From positions 227,996-291,995 of the forward strand of contig RHPI01001559.1 of NCBI GenBank assembly GCA_009103225.1: a stretch of 64,000 nucleotides of DNA. Direction: 5' to 3'. The notes under the pieces were generated by a model. The model did not search any database and was not told the origin of the DNA. It was given only the letters and a program-made list of their open reading frames with translations. Positions 1-12,300 of this stretch are shown one piece after another. How positions within the stretch are numbered: the stretch's first letter is position 1; each line of letters begins with the position of its first letter. Position numbers and translations under genes: made by a program. The stretch comes from Chlorokybus atmophyticus (lineage: Eukaryota; Plantae; Mesostigma and Chlorokybus algae).

Positions 1-798
1 AGTTGCCGTGGAGAATTACGCGGCATAACCGGTAATGGCTGGTCATGACCGGACGCGACCTAGCCCTGCCGGTCATGAAGGACCAAGATGTGCAGGTACA
101 ATTGCGGTTCAAGCTGGGTTGCATGTAATGCCGGTTAATGCGGAATAGGCTAAAAAGGGCTTATGAAGCATTGATAAGCAATACACAACCTCTCATGGTA
201 GCGACTTTTGCTACCATGGCCTAGTCGGCCAAGCCCCGCGTTACAGGTGAGGTGAAAAGCCATCAACGCCTTTTCGCCCACATCGTGCTAACATATTAAA
301 TTCTTTTTCCCATATAGGTCTCCAAGAGGTACCAGCATATGCCACTAGCATATGCCAACATGGTGTGACACATGTCACCTCAACCATGCTTATCAATTAC
401 TATTGTATCTCACACAAACTCTGGTGTGACACATGTCTCATCAGAAACTAGCTGATGGCATGTACACTGATCAACTCTGTGCGAGCTGTTTATCAATGCC
501 TTGTATAGTTCATCTTGCCCAAGGCTCATGAGCACAAGGTTTAACTGTATGAGCGAACCACTTAGGTACTGCACACACCTAAGCAATTGCACTCCCATAC
601 AATCATGATGTCAACATAGTAGCCTGAGAGTGAGTATGCCTTGCATGTTAGGCTTGACAGAGATCGAACAATGGTACAAGTACCTTGCTAGCATTTTCAA
701 CTAGTCATATGGTAATGCAAGTACTCTCTAGACGGCACCTTTCGACCTTTTCTTTCTTAATGTGTATACTCCTTGCTGTACACACGGATTGACGTTCA

Positions 799-1050
799 AG
801 GACCATGAATGGTCCGTGACGCAGGACCGGGATTTCCCCCTGCTCAATGAAATCGGTGGACCTTGCATGGTCTGTTTTTCATCGACAGTCGGACCATTCA
901 CGTGAATGGTACCATTGTCCCTTGGTACGCACCACTTAAGGTCCGGCCGATTACTGTTGCGTCAGGACCAAGTATGGTCCAGCCATCGGACCAGGGACAA
1001 AATCATCACAATACTTCAATAACTGGTCCGGCCAGCGGACCATCGACCGA
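799..1050. repeat. Left subterminal GGACC/GGTCC repeat field of the CMC-like element
   Basis: Many direct and inverted GGACC/GGTCC motifs, often paired as small hairpins (e.g. GGACCATGAATGGTCC, GGACCAAGTATGGTCC). Confidence 0.8.
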
Positions 1051-1252
1051 AGTTTAATATGAAACAATGTAAACAGTAGTGCAACTGCAGTAAAAGTTGA
1101 GACATCTTTGCCGGCGGCACCGGCCACGCCCAACCTGCGGCGCAGGAGGCCGCGGCCAGCTCCGCGGAGTTAGTCGAATGATTAGTCAAGAACACACGCA
1201 TCGGCCGGATTCGAACCCAGTATCTTTAGCATATCAAAGACGACGCCCTAAC

Positions 1253-4200
1253 CAGTGTTGGGCATTAATTGTTAACCTGTTAACCATTTACCGTATTAAC
1301 AGGTTAATGTTAACCATTATCAGTTGACCCATGAGATCATGGGTTAACAGGTTACGTCGAGTTACGCTCTTAGCGTGTCTCAGTATCAGAGTTACGCCGC
1401 ATGTAGCGGTGTATCTTGCAGCAGTACTTGGCGGGAAACTTTACCTTATTGCAGCGGCGGCGGCGGCGGCGGCGGCGCTGGAGACCAGCGGCGGCGGCAA
1501 GGAAGCGCACCTAGAGAGTCCTAGGATGCTTGCTGGCGACAAGAGTCCTTAAGGTAAGCACATATCTTTCCATGCTTAGTGCATTTGCTGAGCTAGCAGC
1601 GAAACCATCTGCATGCACGTATTGTGCTGTCGTGAAGCACTCTTTGTGCAGTCCTGTAGGGCATACAGTGCAGGTTACAGGCTGCAGCAATGCAATGTTG
1701 TTGGTTCTCAATGTTGTATGAATCAGTGCAACGCAGCATGTCTTCTTGAAGACTATGTTTATATATATATATATAAGTTTTTCTCTTTGTTGTGCAGTTC
1801 CCTATGTCGTCTGTGGCCGACAATGTAGGCCTCAAACGCAGTGAAACAAAACTTGCAGTGTGGCGGTACTTTACAAAGACTGCAGATAAACGCAACGGTC
1901 ATCATTATGGGGCCATTTGCAAAGCTTGCGTGGATGCAACCGGATGTGTGCCTGATGCTGGGCACTGTTTAGGAACAAACAAGCACATGCATGCGCACTT
2001 AGCTGCATGTCAGCACTGCAACTCAGCTACACGAAAGGTTGGGAGGGAAAATCGTGATGATGGGCGTGAGAAGAGAAAGGCGTCAGGGGAAGATGTGTCG
2101 CAATCCAAATTTCGTGGAGTTCCTTCCTGAAAGATGTGCCATTGAGTGCATCTGACGACCACAAGTTCCATAGTTTGCTAGTGAGAGCAATTGTTGCTGG
2201 CAATTGGCCGTTCAATAGCATGGACATTCCAGAAGTTCGCAAGTTGTTTGAGTTTTTTAGGCCTGCTGTGTTTCTGCCTTTTCGAAAGAAAACAAGTGGT
2301 CCTCTCCTTAACAAAGAAGTTGCTGTCGCGCAAGCGGCAATGCATGAAGCTTTGAGCCAGAGCAAAGGTCAGCACTAGCTCAGAGTGCAAGATGGTCGTG
2401 CACGTGCACACATGTGCATACATGTGATGCTAGCATGCATCTGATTGGTGCTGCTGCAGGATGTTGCCTGGTACTTGATAGTTGGACCAACATTGTTCGC
2501 CGCCAGCTGCTGGCATTTACTATCATCACGGATGATCGGCAAGTAAGTGACACCTGACATGTTGAAGGGGGGCAGGTTGCGGTTTTGCATGAACATGGTT
2601 GTACTGCCAGGTGTTTCCGCATCGTTGTGTTGACATTACTGCACAGCGCAAGCTTGCCGAGGGCTTGGCAGACATCATTCTGGAAGAAATAGATCTTATT
2701 GCTACCACTTTCAATGCGACAATCATTGCAATTGTATCCGATGCTGCAGCAGACTGCCGCAAGGCCCGCCGGCTTGTTCTTGAGAAGCATCCTCATATGA
2801 GTTCATTGGATTGCTACGCTCACCAAGTAAGAAGCTGCATGCGGCTGCCTGCATCGCACAGTCATTGCTTGTTGCAAATGCTTGATGTACTTAGCTTGAT
2901 ATGTATTGCAGGGCAACTTGCTGGTGGGTGACTACTTCAAGGTGAACAAAGATGCTACTGACGCTTTGAAAGACTGCACGGCAATCATTAATTGGTTTAA
3001 CAACCATGCTGTTCCTCTTGGGCGACTACAAGGTCGCATGAGCAGCCCCAAGGCGCTCAAAGTTGCAGTGTCCACACGATGGGGATCGCAAGTAGACGCC
3101 ATCATTCGGCTGCTGCAAGTCGAAGGAGACATGAGGACGTTGTGCTTGATGTCACGCCGCGAGCTGGTGCAGTCCGTGGGGTCTGGTGCTGATGTGAAAA
3201 AGAAAGCGGAGGGCATTATGGATTTGGTTAGCAAGCAAGCAATGTGGACAGCACTAGACCGCACGGCTCATCAGCTTATGCCACTCAAGGTCGTCATCAG
3301 AAGCTTGGAAGCTGAGCAAGCACGCTTAGATGATGTGTTTGAAAAGTACGATATGTTATATCAGCATTTTCGTGGCATTGGGATCGTGGATAGCTCTGCA
3401 GACATTGCAGCATCTGGTGAGGACCAAGTTTTGAGCACCCATCTCCTGGAGAGTCTGAAAAAGCGTTGGGGTAAAATGGAGCAGCAACTCTTTGTGCTAG
3501 CGTATGTTTTGAACCCGGCAAGGCAGACTGAACATCTTAACACAGCTGAACCTTTTCTTTTTGATGTCAACTTGGCCTTAATGGCCGAGGAAGCTTACAA
3601 GAGGGTGATTGAGAATGATGAGGCTGCAGGCAAGCGCTGCTTCCAGTCCATGACAGAGTATTTGTGTAAAGAGAAGCATTTTGGCCAAGTTCTCCTAACA
3701 AAAGTAGCAGAGAAGCCTTTGCTCTTTTGGAAGTTGATGCGCCAGCTATCTCCAGAGTTGGCAGCACTTGCTGAGCGTTTGTTTGCCGTGACGGTGCACT
3801 CGGCTTCAGTCGAACGCCTCTTTTCCCCGCTTGGCAACATTCACACCAAGCGGCGCAACCGCATGCAAGTAGCACGAGCAATGAAGATGGCGGTGGTCAA
3901 GTTATCTCTCCCCCCTCGCAAGCGCTCTGCACCTTCAGTTGCAGTGGAAAGCACGTGCGTGTTGCGCATTTGCATGCATAAAATGATGTCAAGCCTATGC
4001 GACATGTTGCTTATGCATTGTGATGCAGGTACATGCCTCAGCGCGATGTTGTTGTGATTGATGATGAAGTGGTGGAAGGTGCTACCGAGCATGCGGTGGA
4101 GGAGACGGTGCGCGAGTCTTTAGAGGTTGGATTGGACCCGTGCGAGGAGCCAGAGTTCATTCTGGATGAAGAGCAGTTTATTGTTGACATTGCATTACTG

Positions 4201-4537
4201 ATGAGGGGAGTAGATAATGATGAGGATGAGTTAGATGAGCAGGCTGAGTACATGCTTAAGGAAAGGTGCCCGTTAGGCAACTTGTTTAGCTCCACCTACC
4301 AGCCATTGAGCTTTGCAGCATAGCAGACATGGAGGTTGAGTGACGCAGCTTGTTTGGAGCTTAAATGAGATTGCAACTGTTAACCTGCTAGCGTATCTCG
4401 CTCAGCTTGTCGAGAGCTCTCGATTGACAGTACTTTTACCGCAAACCGAGCATGTGCGAATCGTTAACCAGGCATTAACGTTAACTTATTAACCATTAAC
4501 GTTAACAGCGATCAACTTGGGTTAATGCCCAACACTA
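1253..4537 (+). mobile_element. hAT-superfamily DNA transposon
   Basis: The TIRs are CAGTGTTGGGCATTAA (1253-1268) and TTAATGCCCAACACTA (4522-4537). The 8-bp TSD GCCCTAAC is at 1245-1252 and 4538-4545. GTTAAC-rich subterminal repeats are present, and the element encodes a hAT transposase. Confidence 0.96.
1804..4323 (+). pseudogene. hAT transposase (BED zinc finger + DDE + hAT dimerization domain), multi-exon, one apparent frameshift near 2110-2125
   Basis: BED finger: VWRYF..C KAC..HLAAC. Catalytic-type motifs: LVLDSWT, IVSDAAA, the CYAH (CxxH) motif and SASVERLFS. GT-AG introns near 2370-2460, 2545-2610, 2827-2910 and 3954-4029 join in frame. The reading frame shifts between SQSK and KDVPLS. 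Confidence 0.9.
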
Positions 4538-4861
4538 GCCCTAACCACTAAGCTACAAGTGCACGTACCGGTAGGGTCGCATGGCAACCTATATCATGTA
4601 GTTTATTGCATGCGCCGACAGCCGCTTGGCGACTGTCGGCCGGCGGCAGTAATTGCCGATGGACAGTCGGAGATTGTGTGTCACTTTGATAGGCTCATAG
4701 GCTGAGCCTATGCAATTGTAGCATTTATAGGCTGTACCAGTTACATGGACGGTGGTAAACTACATACCGGTAGCCGCGAACTCGGCGGTTGTCAATACGC
4801 CAGTACAATTTGTAGACTTGTTAGGGCTGTCATTGTGACAATGCTTAGTGATAAAGTATAA

Positions 4862-5485
4862 AGGGTAAAGTGCCCATACTTCGGACACTTATTTAAGGAT
4901 AGGTCGCCACGGGCCCATCGCCGGTCCGTTTCCAGAGTGGGTTGGCTTGTTGGAACGCTGACTTTATGAGCTTTGCAACGAACTGTTCCGCTCAATTATT
5001 GGTTAACAATTGCGTTCACCACACCCTCTCAAAGGTGAGGGTGTGCTGAAGTCTCCGGAGAAAGTAACTTTGCCTAACTTCGGACAAGGGCAGACTGACC
5101 GTGACTTGTTACAGGCGGTAGCAGGGTTATAGACCTATTTTCGCCGTAACTTTTGCAATGGGTGACCATATAGCCAGCCCTTTTAAGGACCGATTATAGA
5201 CAATAAGGCGGTCACATACAGTTAAAAATCACCGCAAACCGCCGTTTCTAACGCTATCCTTGAGGGTTTAAAGTTTACAAGTAACGTTGAATTTGCACTC
5301 TTAACTACTTTTGCGGCGTTGATACTTTAGCAATTGAACTGCAACTTTGTAGTTAGTGGTGTCTCGTTAATAGCTACAAAACAAGCTATTACTTGCCCCT
5401 TTTGGCCGCCAGTAGGCATTACAACCGGCCAGCACTCAGTGTGTCCGAAGTTACGCAAACGTCCGAAGTTAGAGCAACACACCCT
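4862..5485. mobile_element. Possible degenerate MITE nested in the CMC-like element
   Basis: Imperfect inverted ends AGGGTaaagTGCcCatACTTCGGAC and GTCCGAAGTtaGaGCAacacACCCT (18 of 25 positions match). Extra ACTTCGGACA copies lie internally. No clean TSD. Confidence 0.35.
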
Positions 5486-6061
5486 AGTAGCCAAATTGCG
5501 ACTGTCAATGCATCCAGTGTACCTTATCGAGCTGTCGATGATTCTGTGGTCGCATGAGGCTTTTATAGGCCATTTATAAGGTTATACAAGTAAGGCTACA
5601 AGTCATAACATCTAACATTGCTTGCGCTTTCGTTTTGTACAAATCATCAAAACCAAACATACTATAAACTACGCCTAGCAATGCAACATGCGAACAGCAT
5701 CAACATATGTATTTATGATATGATGTTAACGGTTGTGAACATTATGATAATGTAATAACTAACGAACTATATATAATGTAATTAACACGCGCAATGCATG
5801 GATGTAAATTTGATATAGTTATTTTTTAGACCATGTAATTGTACAGTAATCATAATACTTTGTACAATCATATTCTTATACATTTTTTGAGATGTATATA
5901 ATTTTGCATATGAAAGGTCTACTGCACATGTGTACGCGCATCAATATACTTACAACAATGTATGTACATGAAATAATAGATATGAAGTAATTGCACGGCT
6001 GTAAATTGCGGCCGCAATACGTCAACAATTTTTGCTTGTATACCTTAAGCCTATTCCTACA

Positions 6062-6180
6062 TGCACACACACACACGTATATTTATCTACATATATATAC
6101 ATATGCATGTATACATATATGTATATGTGTATATATACACATATATCTATATGTATACACATATCCATTTATACATATAT
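6062..6180. repeat. AT/CA-rich microsatellite-like tract
   Basis: Alternating TATA/TACA/TGTA sequence. Confidence 0.8.
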
Positions 6181-6424
6181 AGGCCACAAGTGGACAGCCG
6201 CAACTGGTCGGCGGCTGTCAAGTTTCAATGTACATGGACAGCCGGCTGTCAACATACATTGACAGCCGCCGGCCATTTGCGACTGTCCACTTTATGGTAA
6301 GCGGCGACAGTCGGTGCGGCCTGTCATTTGTTAAATGCTGATACACACAATGTACCTATGTACATGCAGTAATGATACTTCAGTCATGGTACACGTGTAG
6401 CGCGCCCTGCAGGGCCGCCAACCA

Positions 6425-6720
6425 GCAACATTGCTGGTCCCATACATGGTGCGGCACGGACCATGTACGGTGCGCGGCTGCCGGGCCGCTGAGCCGCGGG
6501 CCCACTCCTGGTCCGCATCCAGGAACCAGCGTAGAGTACTGGTCCGTGCCGCACCATACAAGGTGCGGCACGGACCATATGTGGTGCGCGACTGCGCGCC
6601 AGGTATTGGGGCCCCAAAAGAGCCATGGACGGTCCGTCCCTCGCGGACCAGACACTCGTGGTCCGCGGGGACGGACCATGTATGGCCCGCGGGGTCCGTG
6701 GAAGGACCATGCATGGTCCC
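6425..6720. repeat. Right subterminal GGACC/GGTCC repeat field of the CMC-like element
   Basis: Same motif, plus repeated GGTGCGGCACGGACCAT units in both orientations. Confidence 0.8.
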
Positions 6721-6799
6721 CGAACGTCAATCCGTGTGGTAAACTCCTTGTGTTAGCACTTAATTCTTGCTTGAAGGGTGTAAGTGTGGTTGCTGTGCG

Positions 6800-7330
6800 A
6801 GCGTGCTGGTGTTGAGAGCACAGTGCATGCCTCTCAAAGAAGCTTGCCATTATCTCCTCGACGCAGCAACCGCCTCAGTGTGACTATACCACCTACGACC
6901 AATCCTTCTTTCTCAACACCCAGTAACTCGCACGGTACCGTTCATTGCATGCTTGCAGTATCATTGCTGAGTGCATACAAAGGCATTGAGATCTAGAGTG
7001 ACTTAGCACCAACTTGTGACCACCATTGTCAGTTACAACCCTGCACATCTCACATCACCCTAATGCATTGGCTCATAGGAGAGAGAGCTGTACTGGGCGA
7101 GATTCATTTATCACCTTTGTGGCACGACCATGTCATCTACACGCATGTACAGTGAGTCACATCTCCAATGAGAAGGGAGCACAAGTTTTGCACTCACATG
7201 AGAGAGAGGACAAGTTGAAAACCATCATGCAAATGGTTACCGAACACCAGCCTACACTGTAGGCTGTGACGACAGCTACCAGCACAACAGTGCCTTGCTT
7301 GTCATAAATGCTATCACCTAAGTTCAACTC
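6800..7330 (-). mobile_element. Possible highly decayed Ty1/copia reverse-transcriptase remnant
   Basis: The minus-strand translation LYMRVDDMVV...YEPMH*GDVRCAGL*LT resembles the copia YVDD and FEMxDLG motifs. It has many stops, and the match is by eye only. Confidence 0.3.
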
Positions 7331-9354
7331 TCACTAAGTGACTGACTTACCATCACTCGCTTCAGGTGTGACAGCAACTTCAACTGTGACAACAACGACA
7401 GAGCTCCACGAATGCTTGCAACAGCGTGCTTGCCAACAACGCAGTGGTGTGCCTCAGGTGTATCACGCATAGCATTTATCCATATGCTTTTATTGCGTAC
7501 ACGGCATACATACAAGACTTACGGGCGGTGGGGGCATTAGCCGTGCTATGCGACAGCACACCACATCATGCTTGCTTCGCTCCCTCGCTGCCATCAACGT
7601 CCAGGCTGACACAGCCGTGTGTGCTAAGGTTGGTTGGCTGGTTGTTTACTTGCGCGCTTCTGCTATCCGCTGCCTTGCCCCGCACATTGCACAGCACGTA
7701 GCTAGCATCAACTTTAACTTAAGCATGTTAAAGCCACCCATGGCTTTAACATACTTAAGAAATTCCGCCTACCTGCTCCTTACTGCCCTGTTTGTCTTGC
7801 TTGACCTTGCCTTGCACTGCATGCGTGTTGCAGACATGGCTATCACTTATATCTTATACATGCTATGCAAGTGCGCTTCAAGTTGGCAATGTGAATGAAT
7901 GTACTCAGTTCAAGGGCACGCACCAAATGAGCGACCGACTACAATACCGTGGAGAGGACGCACAAGCAGCGCACTAGGCGCACTTCTTGTAGGCTGCAGC
8001 CCCAGTCGCGTCACACAGCCCGCCCTCAGGAGGTCCTCTGAGGCGCTGCTCGGGGCGGGCTGTGTGACGTGAAGGAGGCGCGGCCGCCTTGGGGCTGACT
8101 AAGGAAGCGGAGGTCGCCAGCTGGCAGCACGCGGCTCGCCCTAGTCGGCGGAGAGCCATGTGCCAGCGCAGGCAGGACAGCAGCGGCAAAGCCGTGCCGG
8201 CCTCCTGTCCGCGCAGTCCCACCCATCTTAGTAGGAGTTGAATGCTGGCGAGGCGGGTGCAATTAAGCTTGTGCTTGTAATCGGCGGTGTTCGTCGTCAC
8301 AGCCGGCGGAGTCACGGGTGGAGTCATCCTGGATGGGGGCGGCGCCATGCGGTAGAGCGCCATCCAGGCAGGCGAGGAAGCGCTAGCGCGTGAAGTGGTC
8401 GATGACATCGTGCGGCCTGGCTGGCCGGCAGCTGGCAGCGCAGCCCTAGCCAGCCAGGTAGCACGTTTGGACCTGCCTTGTCGTGTGTGTGCGTGTGTGT
8501 GAGCTTGCGCGTACGCGAAGCTTGTGCATGCAGGTGTGTGTGAGAGAATGTACCATCAACTATCCTATGCAATAACCATTCCATGCATGCCCGCACGTCG
8601 TATCACGTCAGGTGTGTGAGCATGTGTGGGTGTGGGTGTCTGCAGGCTGACATATAACGTAAGCAATCCATTTGACGTTGGCAATAAGCAGATTTGTTGT
8701 TCTCAACCTCAACTGAATTGCTGTGAACTTGGCTGGCTATGGGTCTGACCATGTCTACTGCCACTGGCAGTCAGCGGTACGAGCTGCAGAGGCTGAAATT
8801 GCTGCTGACGCTGCGAACTTTCTGACCGGCAGTGGTATATTATCATCCATATCATGGTATGAGTCTGCAGTCCAATCTGGAGTTTTAGTTCTGTCTTCGC
8901 CTTCTGGCCTCTCACCACTGCTCATCCTTGTCAATCCGCTGTGCTCTTCTCCATGTTTGAATTCTAGTAGTCACTGAATCAGAAGTCCAAACAGGCTAGG
9001 TAAGGCTAACAACATTGCAGACTTGTACAGGAGTTGCCGCGCGGGCTCAGTCAGGACGACAATGCCTGAGTAGTCCAGTTTCTGTGCGGCATTGGTCGCC
9101 AGAGGACAAGGTAAAGGTAGCTGTGCCTCTGAGCTGGCCATAGAGACTGTGCGTTGCATGTATGGTCTGACTACGTACATGGTCTTGATCAGTTCAACTG
9201 CTCAAGACGACAAGTTGCACATGTCGTGCAATCGCAACGGCCAGCAGTGTCCGTGGACAGCGTCCGTGCGTCAATGTTTTCTTGCAATGCGCTTGCGTGC
9301 GTGCGTGCGTGGTAACCCCATTCTGCTGGGCAGTTGGCGACATGAGGCGCGGTG

Positions 9355-12300
9355 ATGGCGGCGAGGAAAGTGAAGTCTGAAGCAAGAATGGCGGAAATGG
9401 TGGCGAAATATGCGGACTCGAAGTCCGGCTCAGACTCCGACTCGGAATTGGCGAGGGCGGTGTCGATGCCAGCGTGTGCGCCATTTGAACCTGAACTGGA
9501 GGTACAGACTGTGTACTGCATGTATGGTCTCATTATAACAGCGCGGTCCTGATTGGTGCCACCAGTGGGTGCATACGTCATATGCAGTCACAATGACGGC
9601 CTTCAGCATTGTTTGTGGACAGCGTCCAAGTGCTGGGTTGTTAATTATTGGTGCGTGCGTGCGGTAACCCCATTCTGCTGGGCAGTGGGCGACGCGACGC
9701 GCAGAGATGGAAGCAATCCAAGTGGAGGCGCTGGAGGCGAAGTTACCCGCGTGGAAAGGTCAGATGGAGGTGGCGGGCAAGGCATTGACAAATGCGGAAA
9801 TTGCGATGGAGCGGGCGCACGAAACCGGTCAGGTCTTGAGGGGCCACTCTTCGCAAGTGCGCTGTGTAGTGTGGAGCCCAAACGGGCTTCGGCTGGCCAC
9901 GGCGTCGCAGGACAAGACAGCGGCGGTGTGGAACACAGTGACCGGTGAGCAGCTGCGTGTGCTGAAGGGCCACACATATCAGGTGCATGCCGTGGCGTGG
10001 GGCCCGGACAGTCGCCAGCTGGCGACGTTGTCGCGTGGCATGACAGCGGTATGGGACGCCGAGACTGGGGAACTCATGCACGAGCTGCGCCACCAGGCCT
10101 CGGAGTCATGCGTAGCGTGGAGTCCAGATGGGCGGCAGCTGGCCACGGCGTTGAGTGATCAAACGCTGGTGTGGGACGCCAAGAGCGGAAAACTCCTGTA
10201 CGGGCTGCGGAAACGCACGGACGGGGTGATGATGTGTGTAGCATGGAGCCCGGACGCACGGCGGCTGGCCACAGGATGCAACACCATGGCTGTGGTGTGG
10301 GACGCTGCAACCGGGCAACGCCTGCACGTGCTGGAAGGCCACAAATATCAGGTGCATTCCGTCGCTTGGAGCTCAGACGGGCGCCAGCTGGCCACGGGGT
10401 CAAGGGATGCGACGGCGGTGTGGGACACCGAGACAGGGACGCGCATGCACATGGTATCGTGGCACCCTCAGCGGATGATGATGTCCATAGCGTGGAGCCC
10501 AGATGGGAGGCGGGTATCTATTGTATACTCGGCCATGTCAGAGTGTGTCGGGTTAGCATTGCTGGACGCCGCGACGGGGCAGTGGCTCCACGTGCTGCAG
10601 GGCCATAGTAGCGGCTCCCATCCCATGGATGTCATGGCATTGAATGGCGTGAAGTTCATAACATGGAGCCCGGACGGGCGGCAGCTGGCCATGGCGTCGT
10701 TGGACAACAAGGTGGCGGTGTGGCACGCTGCAACGGGGGAGCGCTTGGGTGTGCTGAAGGGCCACACTCGTCCCGTGACGTCCGTGGCGTGGAGCCCGGA
10801 CGCGCGGGAGCTGGCGACTTCATCAAAAGACAGTACTGTCAGAATCTACTGTTTGCATTCAGCCCTTCAGCTGCTGGACATCGAAGTTTCAGCGCTCTTT
10901 CAGTGTCACTGTTCCCCACACGCGCATGACCGGGCAAGACATGAGCCCCACAACGAGCGCAATTGCTTCTCTACGCAGGAGAAGGAGGCCATTGTCCGCT
11001 GGCTGCAAGCTCATGATGCGGACTTCATGGGTGTGGATCTGGAGTGGCTCAGAACCCACATGCAACAGCAAGCCATAGAGCAGCTTCTGGATACGCTGCA
11101 GGCTGAGCGCTTCCTTCTATTTAGCAACGATGGTGATAGCATGCTGTACGTGTCAAGAGCATTTGTTGCAAGCCAGGCACAAGCCAACGCACGATCAGCT
11201 TCAAATCTGGATGCAAGTCAAGGCACATGCTCTCCAGCAAGCGTCAGAAGGAACCTTGCGTCACATCCTGCAGCTGCAGCTGGTGGGCATAACACGACCC
11301 AAAGCTTGTCTGAAGTGGCGGATGGCGTTGTCAAGGTGGAGGTAGCTCAGGCAGGGACAGAACCACCTGGCGACTTGTCAAAAGCTTGCTGCATACGCCA
11401 TCTGGTCACAGGGACGTTTCAAGTTGCACCTGGCATTGTACTGAGTGTCACACAAAAGACCGAGTTTGGCGACTACCGCTTGCAGTACTACAAGCACAGT
11501 GAGGTCTCTTTACATGGCAGCCAAATGAATTGGGAGTTGTGCGTGGACATCACCCTAGCCATATGCAGCAGTGACGATGCTCAACCGCGCGTAAGCACCT
11601 GTCTTGTTTCATCACTAGAATTTGCCATGTCTTTTAAACTGGACTGTTGCTGTCGGGCCTGATGTCAAGCTGAATGCAGATGCGCATTGTTCTCAACACG
11701 CTGGAGACAAAGTTATTCGCGCTACAGACGAAGTCATGCACGTCAGGGGTGCCATCCTCAGATGGATGGTTTCGCTCTCTGTTGCCTAGAAGCCTGAGGA
11801 GCTCCAAGGGTGGTTTCGTGCCCATAATCTACCATGCAGAGATTGGACTGGCTTTGCACCGCGTTGGCAGCGAGCTGGACATACCTTTGGGCGTCCACGC
11901 TTTTGGCATGTCTCCCACGACGGACAAAGTCAAACAGGCATGCGCGTACAAGTAAGAGCAGCAAAGGTCATGTCGCGACCTGAGATAAAGCTTGACGAAC
12001 ATATTCCTAACTGCACAGGGTGCCCCACGGCTGGACGCATCCCTCCGGTTCATTGGCACTCGGACTAACTGAACTGGTACTCCCAACTCCTGGACAACTT
12101 TGCACTATAGTCAGCGGCCCAAGTGTAGGGACATCAGTGGAGGTCTTGGAGTTTGCTGCTCGTGCTGAGCTACTACGCGCCTGCGAAGCCAAGTGTGTTC
12201 ATTGGAAGCGCAATCTACTCCATTCTATGTTGTGTTTCACGCCATCACTTGGTACGCAACCCTTGTCACAGTTGCATAGCGTGGTTGTGCGCCAGCTCAA

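Larger units (their letters stand above)
1198..4562 (-). pseudogene. Degenerate tRNA-like sequence (tRNA pseudogene or SINE head) interrupted by the hAT element
   Basis: Removing the hAT and one TSD copy gives 72 nt on the minus strand: GCACTTGTAGCTTAGTGGTTAGGGCGTCGTCTTTGATATGCTAAAGATACTGGGTTCGAATCCGGCCGATGC. It has an A-box (TAGCTTAGTGG) and a B-box (GGTTCGAATCC). The acceptor, anticodon and T stems are imperfect, so the isotype cannot be assigned. Confidence 0.7.
781..6738. mobile_element. CMC/CACTA(EnSpm)-like DNA transposon, non-autonomous as seen here, with CACAC termini
   Basis: The left end CACACGGATTGACGTTCaaGGACCATGaATGGTCC (from 781) matches the reverse complement of the right end (...GGACCATgCATGGTCCccGAACGTCAATCCGTGTG, ending 6738). 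The 3-bp TSD GTA is at 778-780 and 6739-6741. Dense GGACC/GGTCC subterminal repeats lie at both ends. No transposase of its own was found inside. Confidence 0.85.

Noticed and set aside
1-260. Right end of another DNA transposon (CCGGT/TCATG repeats; hairpin CATGGTAGC...GCTACCATG at about 195-220)
   Set aside because: The partner end lies outside the window, so no TIR/TSD test is possible.
340-777. Copia RNase H continuation of the 6.8-7.3 kb remnant
   Set aside because: The order would fit, but the translated similarity is too degraded to support.
7974-8408. GC-rich 144-aa minus-strand ORF as a gene
   Set aside because: No recognisable motif in any frame and no supported downstream exons. 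It may be a decayed first exon, but this cannot be supported.
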